Below, one piece after another: positions 1-12,720 of a stretch of 64,000 bases of DNA. Position 1 is the first letter of the stretch. Each line of letters starts with the position of its first letter. This DNA is from Tubulanus polymorphus (Eukaryota; Animalia; Nemertea). The stretch covers positions 4,278,001-4,342,000 of the forward strand of contig NC_134031.1 of NCBI RefSeq assembly GCF_964204645.1, given 5' to 3'. The position numbers and the translations under genes are program-made. The notes under the pieces were generated by a model. It was not told the DNA's origin and did not search any database. It saw only the letters and a list, made by a program, of their open reading frames with translations.

Positions 1-50
1 GAAGCATAAAAATCGGGTTATGAACTGATAGAACCGAGTCCAGAACTTAC

Positions 51-3000
51 CGTAACATTGGATGGCTCGTAATCAGCAGGAATGTTTTGCAGGAAGAACC
101 GGAACGCTTGCCAGATCTTGTTACAGAAATTACGATTATATACGGCGTGATCGACGTTGAAATTTATGTTCTGATCTGCAACAAGCGAAAACCTCTATGA
201 GAACGCTGGCAAATACCGAGACTGATTAACGAAGTAACCGAGGGGCAAAATGAAACGTACTTTTGAAGTTGTAAGAACACAAAGTGAATCGCAGTGCATC
301 CGCACCACATTGCTTGATCCCGTGTGGAAACTGTCTCTTCTGGCCGGCCATCGCTTTATCGATCTCAGACGGCGGCAAATTACTTTTCTCTAGTTCAGCA
401 TTCAGTACCTGATGGGAGGAAATATCGATTCAATTTTAAATGAAAGTTCACTCAGATCTCAGGTAACGCTGGTGGCGAATGAACTGTGCCTAGTCCCAGC
501 GCGTATTCTATGTATTTTTACCTTCAAACGAACTCCTTGTATCACATGTATCGGATTTATAACGTTCCCGAGAGATTTACTCATTTTACGCCCATAAACA
601 TCTCTCAGTAATCCGTGTAATAGCACCTGAAAATATTTATTAATCACATGTTCGCATCACAGAAGTTCCAAGAAACAGTCAGCCCATGGACTATCTGCCA
701 GCATCAATTATTGAATTTCAGCAAAATGCAAAATTTGGTTGATTTTCAATTGTAATTATTGATTCTCATCCGCAATAGACTGTAAAACGCACCTTTTTAA
801 ATGGCAACGAACCGTGCAGTTCTTGACACAACATGACCATACGCGCGACCCAGAAAAACAAAATGTCACTACCAGTTTCCAGTATATTAGTCGGATAATA
901 CTGCTGTAGATCATCGGTCTATTGAAAGTTAAACGGTAATCCAGTTAAAGAACAGTTTAAGATACTTCGAAAATGCAGAAAACTATGAAATATACAAACC
1001 GAATCCGGCCAGCCAAGCATCGACAGAGGAAAAATAGCTGATGAAAACCACGTATCTAAAACATCTTCATCTGAAATCAGTATTACACGTGTCAAATGCG
1101 CTTAACTTTTCGCTAATTAGACAATTATCAGATATATTTACCTTGAATAAGTTGAAGTTGATCTGATGCTAAACCGGTCAAGTTTGCAGCTTTCAGCGTT
1201 GCCTCTTCTAATGATTTACCACTAACCCATAGATCAACCCCATTTTCCTGTAACAAAATATCCGATTAAAAGACTAATTCATTGTTAAATTAGCAGAAAT
1301 AGGTGAGAATTCTTAGTTACCTTGATCCGTTTACCAGTCGCGTCCATAACTCTATAAGCCGGTATCTGGTGTCCCCACCACAACTGGCGACTGATACACC
1401 AGTCCTGTTTGGCTTTCAACCACTCGTTCCAGATGTTCTCGTGGTGGTCGGGAATGAGCTGCAACTCGCACGAGTTCACAACGTCCCGAGCTCGGTCCAT
1501 CGACATCGAACAATCGACAAACCACTGCTCCCGCAACACCGGTTCGATGATATCTCCGGATCGACTGAAACATTAAAATTCTCACTTATAAATTATCTCG
1601 AGGTTTGCTCGTTAATCTACCAGGCACTAAATGATAGTTTATAAATTGCAAGCAACAAGCCTAACCAAATAGCAACTGAATAACAAAGATAAAGATCATC
1701 AGAGTTCTATAGCCAATTTAACAACTAAAGATCGATCTTAAGATTCATGAGCACTTTTGGACTGAAGTCTTCGCGCCCAGCTGTACAAATCCTTAAGTTG
1801 TCAGATTGGCTACGGACCCGAGGGCCTAGTTTACTAACCTACAGATTGGTAACGTCATGCTATGATCTTCTGCACCGACGTACAAACCGAGTTCTTTCAG
1901 AGCGTTTTGTATTTTCGCTCGAGCGTCGAAACGTTTAACTCCCTATCAAAACACGACAACAAAACATCGACAGTTGAGTCACTTTTCTTAAAACCAAATC
2001 AGGGTGGCCACTTTTATTTTACATTTTCCCGACATGCGAGTTATTTTCCCTGACTTGATCTGCTCAGAAACCAATCAACTAACACAGTAAAATACCTAAG
2101 ACATAGACAGAAACTTATTAATTTAACGCACGATCTAGCAATCTCAACAAATTTTCCTGACTTTTCCCTGATTTTCAGCATTATTTTTGTTTACAAAATC
2201 CCACAAACTTTTTTAAAGAAAAGAAATTTCCCTGACTTTCCCTGAATTCCAGGTGAAGTGGCCATCTTGAAAATGTGAGCCTGAGAATGAGAATGTCAAG
2301 AGTTAATACCTGGAATTGTGGGCAGACGTCATTGATCAACCCTGCGTCGTCCAGTATCGACACAACTGGTAAACCGTGACGTCTGGCGACTTCGTAATCG
2401 ACGTGACTGTGACCGGGAGTCAATTTCACGACTCCCGTTCCGAACAATCGGTCGACGAAATCGTCGAAAACGATCGGCAGTTTACGATCACAGAACGGGT
2501 GCTGCAACTCTCGACCACGCAGGTGACTGTAACGATTATCATCGGGATGCACGGCGACCGCCGTATCGCCCAGCATCGTCTCCAAACGCGTCGTCGCCAC
2601 GACGACCAGTTCATCTGCAATAAACACAATTTATAAAATAATTTCCAGTCAATGTTTCGTGGATAAACCGGGCATAGCTTGTAGCGGAAAGGTTAAGGCA
2701 AGTTAGGACTTTTCAGCATTTACGGTGTGGGTTTCCGGAATAAATATATTGAATTGTGCCCATGATAGACGTTGTAACAGCTTATTATGATTTTATCAAA
2801 CCATAACAATCACCTATATACAAAGGACTTAAGTCATCCATGCACTAGAACGTATTAATTGCCCAGAAGTGATGTGTGCTTGGCATTTGATCATTTCATC
2901 AACACTTTTACCACCACAATTACAAATGCTGTGAGAAAGATTTAAATTTTCAGATGGCTCGTGTAAAGCAAAAAGTAGCACTTTTCCGCTCTTATTGACA

Positions 3001-6000
3001 CTTTTATGGAAAGTAAAAGCACAAAGGAGAACCCTAAAATTTTTTTTTCTTCAAAAAGTAGCACTAAATAGCACTTAGTAGACTTGCTGCAAACTGTCGA
3101 GTTTTAGTGTTTTGAAAGCAATAACCAAGTTTTAAAATTGAACCAGACCTGAATCGATGACTTTGTACGCGAATGATGTGAGAGTGCCGAATTCTATTTT
3201 GTTGGTGTATCCGGGCACTTCGAGTTTCGTCCTGTTGTTTACGACTAGATCATCAACCTTGAAAACAATGAATCCTAACATATTAAAACCTTTAAATCAT
3301 TATAAAATGAGAAAGCATCAGACCCGACCTTGGTATTTATCAACCTTTTAAGTCATTTTCACCACAATGTGACATCTAAAACAGTAGTTTAATTGAAAAT
3401 GAACTAGAATTTATTCAGTTTTAATGATTTTGTTCATATTTGAGATCTTAAAGAGTAGTCACTACTCTCAAATAGTAGTGGTAGTCAGGTCTGTGGTGTT
3501 CTAGCGTGGTAGTAATACTAAAACCTAAGACGGCATTTACAGAATTTTCATAATTGCACAATTGAATGAATTTACCATTGGACTAGGTTCAGTGTATAAA
3601 ATCATGCCAATGAAGCTTCACAGTTCTCTATTTACACTGCATCTCATTTAATGACTAATATCAAAAATTCATGAATTTTTGCTAATATTCAGCTCTATGG
3701 ATCTTAACCCAAGATTATAGGCCTATTGTGCGTACATACCTCGATATCAGAAATAGCTGACTTCAGAGAACACGACCAGTTGACTAGTCGATTGCTACGA
3801 TAAATCAATCCTCGTTCGTGCAAACGAACAAACGCTTCGACAACTGCCGACGAATGTTTCTAAAAAGCAAGACATTCGAATAACTATCTAATTCGTGCTA
3901 GAATAGAATATGTATCGAGGTTCATATCACTAATAAACAAGTATTTACCGGATCCATAGTGAAACAATCGCGATCCCAGTCCAACGACGAACCGAGTTTT
4001 CTCATCTGAGCATAAATATGATCGCCTTTCCTGAATAAGGTCGAAGAAATAAGACAATTAAGATCGACCCAAAACTATGTACATGTAAACAGGGTTGCCA
4101 ATGCTATCAGAAGTTGAGTTTTTTTCTTGTAACATTCCTTAGAAATGTGAAAGAAATTGTTCAAATTAATCAGTGATCAATTAGAAGACCTTGGACAGTA
4201 ACGTCTCCTCCACATCAAATTTCTTCAAGAAATACTGATTAAATACTGATGTAGGAACTCTAGTCTTGAGTCAAAATTATAGTAACAAAGCACTCGTAGT
4301 CAGGAAAAGTTGGCACTTCTGAGCATTGGGACCACCAGTATAAACCAGACCAGTGTTTTTGAGAATCCGCAAAGTAGGTTTACCACATAAAATCCCTCAA
4401 AATTCACTGACTCTTACGGTTTACTAACACGAGTCTTTTGTCACATGTATCAACTAAAATCAAAGCATTGAATAGGAATCATAAATGCTTAATGGGCGAC
4501 TAAAATAAGAAACGCGCGTTTGACGTACTGATTTTTCCACTGCCACACCTGATCGATAAACTGTCGTCTGCCGATATCGTGCCGTGTTAAACCGGTCTGT
4601 TTCATCAATTGTTTCTCGACGACGACTTGCGTGGCGATGCCGGCGTGATCGCACCCGGGATTCCACAGTACACGATCACCGCACATTCGACGCCTGAATG
4701 AGAAAGAAAAAGCCACAAAAACATTAACGAATAAACAGGAGAGATGGCACCATGAGTTCATTCCACAGGATTTTTATGGGTTTCATTTTCCATAACTTTA
4801 CCATACCCACATTAGGGATCATTCATTTATTACGTACGCAGGAAATTTGATTTTTTAAACCCCCCCCCTCTGTACGCAAAATTGGCCATTTTTTCATATA
4901 GGCCTAACATTAAGCATTACAGTACGCAATTGCACTGACCCCTACCCTAATGCTTACGAAATAAATGAATGATCCCTTATAAATTTTCCATACCCTAAGT
5001 TCACATCGCCAACCTAGAACAGGCAATGTAAGCTTATAAGCTTATTCTAAGTTAATAAGTGCCAATTATCAATTCCATCGATACAAGTGTTTTCATAGGT
5101 TTGTTATAGAATGTGTAGTAAGACATTCAGGCAAATAGCGTAAAATTCAAAATAGAAAGACAATTTTATTTTGAGAGCATTTTCTGATTTTCCATGCCTT
5201 TTCAATAGCCAAAGAAAAAAATTCCCATTTTTCAAGACCCGTAAGAACCCCGATTCCACCACTTCTAAAAATATATCTCACCATCTGACTATCGCGTCTT
5301 GAATAGAACTCGTGAGTGCGTGGCCGAGGTGAAGGTCACCGGTAACGTTAGGCGGAGGAAGACAGACGGTAAATCGAGCTGGACCGGGATTCACTTCCGG
5401 TTTAAAGAATCCTTTTTGTTCCCACCAATCGTACCAAGCGGCTTCGACGTACTGTGGACTGTAACGTTTGTGCAACGGACTGGAAATGTCTGAAATTTAA
5501 AAATAGAGTTGATGTCAACCACTTCAGCCTAATTCAGATCAGTTAAATCTAAATTTCAATCTTATCAGGATATTATCTCAGGTCCTCCTACAAGCTTATA
5601 TAAAATATGATGACCGGTAAAATGATAAAATCTCAGAGTTAGGCCTTATTTTGAGTTAATAAGTGAACCCATAATTGAGGATGAGGTCGAGTTCAAACAT
5701 CAGAATGTTAGAAAAATAAATCTATTTAATCATCAGTTGTGGATTAAATATTAGATTTTGATAAGACTCATCAAAATATGAATGATGTCTAATCTGGATT
5801 TCGCATAAAATGATTAATTTCAATGGTCCCAAATCACCCGCATTAAGCGGATTCAAGCCTTATTTATCATTGCGGTTCTATCAGTTGTTGTTATCGAGGA
5901 GCGCCTTACCTTTTTTATCGCCTGGAATTCTTTCTGCTGCGCTGTACTGTGCATCGTATACGGCTTCAGTTGAAGTGGCAGCCTGAAGGGCGAAAGGAAA

Positions 6001-6567
6001 AATGTAAAATGATTAAAATCTTAAAAAATTATATTTCTTTATCGCAGAAAATCTTTACTGCCTGCATCTCATTAGAATGCTACATCTCAGTAGGATGACT
6101 GCTTCATCGCATGCAATGATTGAGAAGTAAAGTAGCCAGTAGGCGAGTAGGTCTACCTTTTCTTTCATTTTTTGTTCATGCGCCAAACGCTTCGCCTTCT
6201 TCCTTTCCAGTTTTTCCTTCTGTTTCTTCCTGTTGTATTCAACGCGATCCAGTCGATCATCAGCGGCCCCCGACGACAGGGAGTTCGGCGTCGTGGTTTC
6301 ATCGTCAGCCGCTGCACTCCCCTGGGTCTGGGCTTGCCGCTGTTGTTGTTGGCCTCCTCCTCCTCGTTGTTGAACATTGTCTACGTTTGAAGATAAAAAA
6401 CGCTGAGAAAACGAATAGAACGGACTGGATAGATGCGTTTTATTGGCAACGCCTAGTTTATTCACGCTGTATACTAGATGCGAGGACCGCTGAAGCCGGG
6501 AATATTGCGTTAAACGACAAAAACTCGGAGCTTTTAATTTGCAAATCGATCTCATGTGCGCCGCCAT
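51..6567 (-). CDS. VARS2: Valyl-tRNA synthetase, mitochondrial type (5' part; continues beyond the left edge)
   Basis: GT-AG exons read by hand: 6157-6567, 5910-5982, 5282-5489, 4529-4693, 3949-4030, 3740-3859, 3149-3257, 2310-2614, 1839-1942, 1321-1564, 1142-1247, 1000-1070, 793-918, 522-626, 261-408, 51-175. Motifs: [15 protein letters not shown] (HIGH), [52 protein letters not shown] and an Arg/Ser-rich, acid-free N-terminus favour VARS2 over VARS1. Confidence 0.93.
2000..2269. mobile_element. CAGGGTGGCCAC-TIR MITE (degenerate)
   Basis: TIR plus internal TTTCCCTGA subrepeats; same family as copies at 34581, 41953 and 45032. Confidence 0.7.
4815..4976. mobile_element. PIF/Harbinger-like MITE
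   Basis: TIR GGGATCATTCATTTATT with TTA TSD; related copies at 24846-24968 and 36441-36602. Confidence 0.8.
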
Positions 6568-6968
6568 AATACGATTAACATATAGCTGGGTTATTAGGGA
6601 CCATCTTAAAATCGTCGGAATTTATTCAATTCACTCTTTATTGATCCATTTGGAATGGTTTGCCAGTTATTGCTTGATTCAAATATTAACCTTGTTACTA
6701 GAATTAAACTATTCATTTCGATTTGTCATCACTCTATCCATATATAATCAACATTTCTTGACATTTTGGTGTCCTTTGACTAAACTTAAATCTTGAGAGG
6801 CCCCCTCTAACAGTTACGCGTGATTGATTGAAGAAATAATTGAAATTATTTCAGAATCTCTTCATTATATTTTTCGGAATACAAATTAATCGGTTGATTT
6901 TATTCTATACGATATAAAATCGTGGTTTGAAAAATTACGAAATAAAATTACAGCTATTTCCAGCCAAG
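6568..6968. promoter_or_regulatory. Probable bidirectional promoter for VARS2 and C9orf78
   Basis: Divergent ATGs only ~400 bp apart; a YY1-like CAAGATGGCG overlaps the C9orf78 start. Confidence 0.65.
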
Positions 6969-9455
6969 ATGGCGTCCACGAAAAAGAAACAGTTTCGGAA
7001 ACGAAGACAAGAGTCTTCTAGCAGCGAAGATGAGGAAGAAATGGGCGATCGACCTATGTAAATATGATCTTTTTCATTGTGCCTTTGATTTGGTTAAATT
7101 TTCACGTCGCTGAATCGTTTGGAATTTCACGGTTTTACCGTTTTGAACAGTTTTTTTTAGAAGAAACCTACTTCCGACGAGAGGTGGCAGCACCGGATGG
7201 TGACATATTTCAGTCATCTGTCAAAATTTGATACCCGTCCATGTCTTGATATTCTATTTACAGCCCGAAAGATTCGATTACAAATGATATAAAAGCGTTG
7301 CAGAAATTGAGAAAACGACCAAATGGCGTGAATGTTATTGGTTTGGCATTAGGCAAAAAATTACCAGATAATGAACCAAGGCTGGTGGTAGGCGTTAAAT
7401 CTGTTGTTTTATGTAACATAATAAAAAGAAAATACTGAATTCTGAAATGTGAAAATCTATGTGATTTTAGAACGATCCATTTAAGATGGACACTGGTGGA
7501 ATAGTAGATATGAAAGCGTTGAAAGAACAGTAAGCCTGATTCGTTTATTTGAGAAATTTAAGAAATCTGGTCAAACCTTGCTTACCATGAGCAGAATCCC
7601 TGCAGTGTTTGTGTACAAAATGTAATTATTCTTTAAAATGATTTACCTGATAATTCGTTGTGATTTCAGGGGTAAACTAGCAGATCCTGAGAGTATCGGA
7701 ACCTCCTTCGCGGCAGAGACTAACAGAAGAGATGAGGATGCTGATATGTAAGTCCGAAGTAAAACAAATCGTAAAATGGTTCGGTTTCTTAATTAATATT
7801 TGTCGTATTGACGAAGCAACTCTCTATGTATTCAATTATAGGTTGAAATATGTCGAGAAAGAATTAGCAAAGAAGAAGGGTTTAGTCTCGAAAGATGAGT
7901 CTCCAGAAAAGAAAAGGTTCGCATTTGTTGACAATATTCTTTAACATCTCTTTCATGATAGTATGATGAGAGTTTTATTTAAGAAGATGAATTAACATAA
8001 CATCGATTATAAGTTTAAAACCCACCAAAGTTTGAAAGATTGAAAGCAAATTTTATTTGTCAAAAATTAAAATCCAAAGACACGACAATTTGGGTTTGAA
8101 TTCTTGATAATTGATATTAGCTTTGAATCTTTTAAACTTTGTATATTATAACTTATTAACTATTCTCCACGTCAGAAGTCAAGTGGCTAAACGGCTACAG
8201 GGCCCAATGAAACGCCTTTATTACCACTGCTATCATATATACCTGGTATTTTTTTTCTTCAGCGTAAAAACTGTGAACGACGTATTGTTCGATGTTCCCG
8301 AACATTTACGAGCGACGACCATGAAACGCACCGAGGATATGTTGTCGAATCAAATGTTATCCGGAATACCAGAAGTTGATCTCGGAATTGAGTAAGTCAT
8401 TGAAAAAATAGTAGTCATGATTTATTGTCATAATTCCATGTAAGATATGCTCTTCGGCTTATACATAATGAGAAGCATGAATTGAAAAATGGTAAAACAA
8501 ACAGACATTATAAATAAGAATATTCAAGAATGAGCTATGGTAAAAGCGAGTGTTTTAATTTGAGATTTAAAAGCATCTAAGGATGGAATAAAATGTAATT
8601 GGTAAGGTATCGTATCTCATTCCAAAATGACACAATAGTAACGGCGACGAACTGCTAGTGATAGAACCTGCTGCAAGGTTAAGCCAAATTTTGTAGCGAT
8701 CTGTTTATTTTCGTCACAAGATGAAGAAATGTGTCTATTTTATAGCGCTAAAATACGTAACATCGAACAGACCGAAGACGCCAAACAGAAATTGATTGAA
8801 CTGAAAATGAAGAGAAACAATGAGAAAGTGTCCGCGTTTGTGCCGACTAATATGGCCGTGAACTTCGTACAACACAACAGATGTAAGTAAATCCATCGCA
8901 ACTGAATCGTCTCTTACCGGGAAACTTGGAAGACAAATCTTAGAACAATCGCAATAGAATATCAATCAAATTTCCATCGGATAATAGATTATCACTGATG
9001 TCAAATGAACGTCACTGGTCCCTATTTTGCTGTATTCGCTACAACCTTTTTTGTGCATTTAAAAATCTAATTTTAACCTCAGCTCATTCATTATTGTTTA
9101 AGAGCTTATGAAGTGATTCTATTTTGAATCTGCATGATAAATCAGTTTTCTATGGTAGCCGCTCAATGAGCTAAAATTTGTATTATTTCAGTCAATATCG
9201 ATGATAATAATCCCATATTGAAGAAAGAAGAGCCACCAAAACCGAAAATGCCACGCGTTGGAGATGCGGAATCAATATTTGGTAGGTTACGTAATATTGT
9301 GAGCAATTTGAATAGCTTTTTTGTCAAGTCGGCACCTGTGTCCTCAAGTTTTCGATTCGATTCCAGATCAAGAAGGCAGCAAGAAAAAAGACGGCGAAAA
9401 AGCGACGGATGATTATCATTACGAGCGTTTCAAGAAACAAATGAGAAGATATTGA
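6969..9455 (+). CDS. C9orf78: Splicing factor C9orf78 / telomere length and silencing protein 1 homolog
   Basis: Exons 6969-7057, 7264-7387, 7471-7529, 7670-7747, 7842-7916, 8263-8391, 8746-8882, 9192-9281, 9367-9455 join in frame. Motifs: LQKLRKRPNGV, DPFKMDTGG, FAAETNRRDEDADM, EDMLSNQMLSGIPEVDLGI, FVPTNMAVNFVQHNRF, EKATDDYHYERFKK. Confidence 0.95.
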
Positions 9456-10256
9456 ATCTGATCCGAATTCGACGTATTTAATCGTGCATTATCGCGTCAA
9501 TCGAGTGTAAAGGCTTGATTGTTTGTTTGTCGGAGTAGGGCAGATACCGTTGCTTTGGCATTACCGCCTTGGTCAGGGCTAAAGCTCGGCTCGTTTGTAC
9601 TCGGAAAAGCTGAACTTCGATATATTCGTATCGATACATTATTGTGTTCATGAAAGCAAGGCAGCGTGTCAGACAGTGAAGGTTGTAAATATTGTAAATA
9701 AATTTCGGAAATAATAGATCTGCTAGATGTACTTATTTTGCGATTTTTGATTCTAAATGGCCGGTAGCCGCAGGACTGAATTTACCCCATTTCTGGAAGT
9801 TGTTGGTGTGGTCGTGGTACTACAAGCCACGCGTTATATAGTACTCATTTCAAGTCCACGTTTCAATTAGTCTTTGAAGCGATCCAGTCCATATCGTGTA
9901 ACCTCATTACTCGCATATCCAGCATCTGGAGCCATTTCCACAGTCTCAGGTTGAGACTTAATTTATACAGACATCATAATGAGTTTTCTTTACAAAGACT
10001 TCCCTGATTCGAGAGTATATTCCGGAAGAATATAGAAGAGATGACCACACCTCCGAATGATTGAAGCAGAAAAAGTTCTTTTTTACATTTTCAAAATTTT
10101 TTTTTATTCTAAAAGGCTAAATGAGTACATAATTTATTAGATACAAACGTAGTGTATTAGATATACAGGAGTTGTGACCACTGAATGAGCGTTTATGTAA
10201 ATGAGATACAACCGACTTAACGAATTCAATACAGCCAGCGGTCGATATCATCCTAG

Positions 10257-10339
10257 ACCCAGTTCCACAGTTGTTCGTTTAGTTCATTTGAGTTTTCTAA
10301 TATCTAAGAATTTTAATCCACGTAAGTGGAGCCAGGTCT
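10257..10339. mobile_element. Short MITE (CCAGTTCCAC ... GTGGARC termini)
   Basis: Imperfect terminal inverted repeats; related copy at ~59496-59595. Confidence 0.45.
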
Positions 10340-11293
10340 TGGTTTAATAAGACTCGCTGCTTTGACTCGGTCGGTGTACTCGGCATAGATCTGGTTGTGC
10401 CGTTCTAAATAATACACAATACAAAATAAATATCATATATGTACAGCAAAATACAAACAAAAAATCGTACAAAATTAATAAATTATCAAATATTTTTACA
10501 TAATTTGTTTACAATAAATGTAAATATTTAAATATACATGGAGTAAACTACAAGCTACATGATGACGTAAATAAGTATACAATCTTAAATTCACAGAATG
10601 AATAACTGGCTTCGAAATTACAAGCACTGCAAAAATAACACCACGCACACTCAACATTTTTTTGAAGTTTTAAGTTAATTACATGTTTTTACTTTCGTGG
10701 TAGATTTCATTTGCGTTCCCGTTTAGGAGATCTGAGAAGGGCTTTCGTCTGCGCTACGACTAAAAAGCAAGGGCAATTTTGTTTCGGACATAATCAGACA
10801 TAATAGATGGTTCCCCGATGAATCTCCTCTACGAAGAGTCCCATGATACGAGCAGTTATCTCGTAGGCTAGAATGAACAAGGGGGAGACCTGTCTGATAT
10901 AATTCGTTGCAATTGATTAATACTGACTTAATAATCATGCTATATATATATAATATCTAGACTAGTACTGTCACTAATTAATTATTGGATACATGTATTT
11001 ACATACCTACATACAAGGCGAACGAATTCTCCAGAATTACGTTGTTTTGGATCTAAATCAATTCAACCCCTTTGATGTAGATTATTACTTCTTTTTCGAT
11101 CGTAATAGACGTAGCTAGGGTCATGCAGGTCACACGTATTTTGTCCACACGCGTCGTTTTGGCCGTCAGATGACCATCAACAGTGTCTTTTGCTTCAAGG
11201 CACACGACGGTCAACCTGACTGTCTGTGACGTCATGCGAGTGAACTCGTACGCTAGTCCAGACGACTCCAACAACGATTTTATTTTCTAAAAC

Positions 11294-12600
11294 TTTTCAA
11301 ACTTAACAATTTTTTTATAGATTTAGTAAACTTTTCAAGATGTTAACGATTTATTTCTATAGATCTTTATAGAATTTCTAATGGTGTCAACCTTTCCAAA
11401 CGAATCCATTATGCCGTTTCAGACGGACAGGATTCGAAATTTAAACTTTGAATCGATATATTTTTCTATAGTATTTTCAAACTTAACAATTCAATTATAA
11501 TTTAATATGGATATAAACTTAATAATGTTTTAACGAGTTATTCGGCGGAATTTCTCCCACCAAACAACGATTCATAAACTATGAATTAATATCTTTTTCT
11601 ATAGTATTTTCAAACTTAACAATTCAATTATAATTTAATATAGATATTAACTTTTAAATGTTTTAACGAGTTATTCGGCGGAATTTCTCCCACCAAACAA
11701 CGATTTATTAACTATGAATTAATATTTTTTTCTATAGTATTTTCAAACTTAACAACTACAGTCAAATCCCGCTTAATCGGGATCGGCTTAATCCAGATTT
11801 TATGATATAATTTAATTTGAATATAAACTCTCGAAGTAATTAACAATGTTTTGAAAGATATTCGTCGGAATTTCTCCCGCCGAATAACCTTTCAAAAATA
11901 AACTCTATACTATGTTTATAATTTCTTGATAATAAAATTGTTCAAACTTAACAAATATATCTCTATTTTAAAGATCTATATATTTCAACAACTTAGAAAT
12001 GGTATTTGATAGGGCTAATCAAAAGATGATTCGAAACTATCAAGTTCCATTTACGGAGCTTAAACTCTAAGCTATATTTTTTTCATAGAATATTCAAACT
12101 TAACAATTTTCAACTATATCTTTATATTCAATCTTTAGAATTTATGAACATTTAACGAGCTTTGAAACGGTATTCGAAATTGTCAAAATGACTCGTCATA
12201 ATAACAATTTTCGAATATCATTTCAAAAATAGACTTTATATATGTTTAGATTTTTATATATTATTTCTTTTAAAATTTTAAAACTTAACAATTGTTTTAT
12301 CATAATCTCTATTTGATTATACTCTAAAAATCTCAACAACTATAGTATATCTTAAGAATGGACGCCGGAAAAAGCGATCTACACACCTCTTTTCAATCGG
12401 ATATCATCTTAAAACTACTGAATTATAATCTTTAAATATATGTATTTTTTTTTCTTCTAAAATTCCAAAACTTAACAACATTTTCAGAGAAAATTTAGTA
12501 ATAACTTCAATCAACAACGTTTGAAAACAACAATCGAATCGCCGGGTGTTTGTTTCATCGAAAGAAACATCCAGCAGACATATTCAACAGTCTTTCGAAC
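11294..12600 (-). repeat. Array of 8 units, each a conserved (TT)CAAACTTAACAA motif plus a variable hairpin
   Basis: Motif at ~11298, 11478, 11611, 11744, 11943, 12095, 12280, 12467 (spacing 133-199 bp), with one hairpin per unit. Units 2 and 3 are near-identical 133-bp duplicates. Confidence 0.85.
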
Positions 12601-12720
12601 TTTAACTATATTATCGTTTTATGGTATTTTGATATTTTTCTCTAAGTTATTCATATACGATTTAGAAAAACATATCAACGTTTCAAGTATCTTTTACTTC
12701 TTAAATATATACATATTATC

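Noticed and set aside
10724-10810. RNase P/MRP RNA (GATCTGAG ... TCAGAC)
   Set aside because: The putative CR-I and CR-V are only ~60 nt apart, far too short.
11294-12600. CRISPR array or integron attC array (ACTTAAC fits RYYYAAC)
   Set aside because: Eukaryotic context with no cas or integrase gene. The repeat is only 12-14 nt with 120-185-nt spacers, and no GTTRRRY closes the hairpins.
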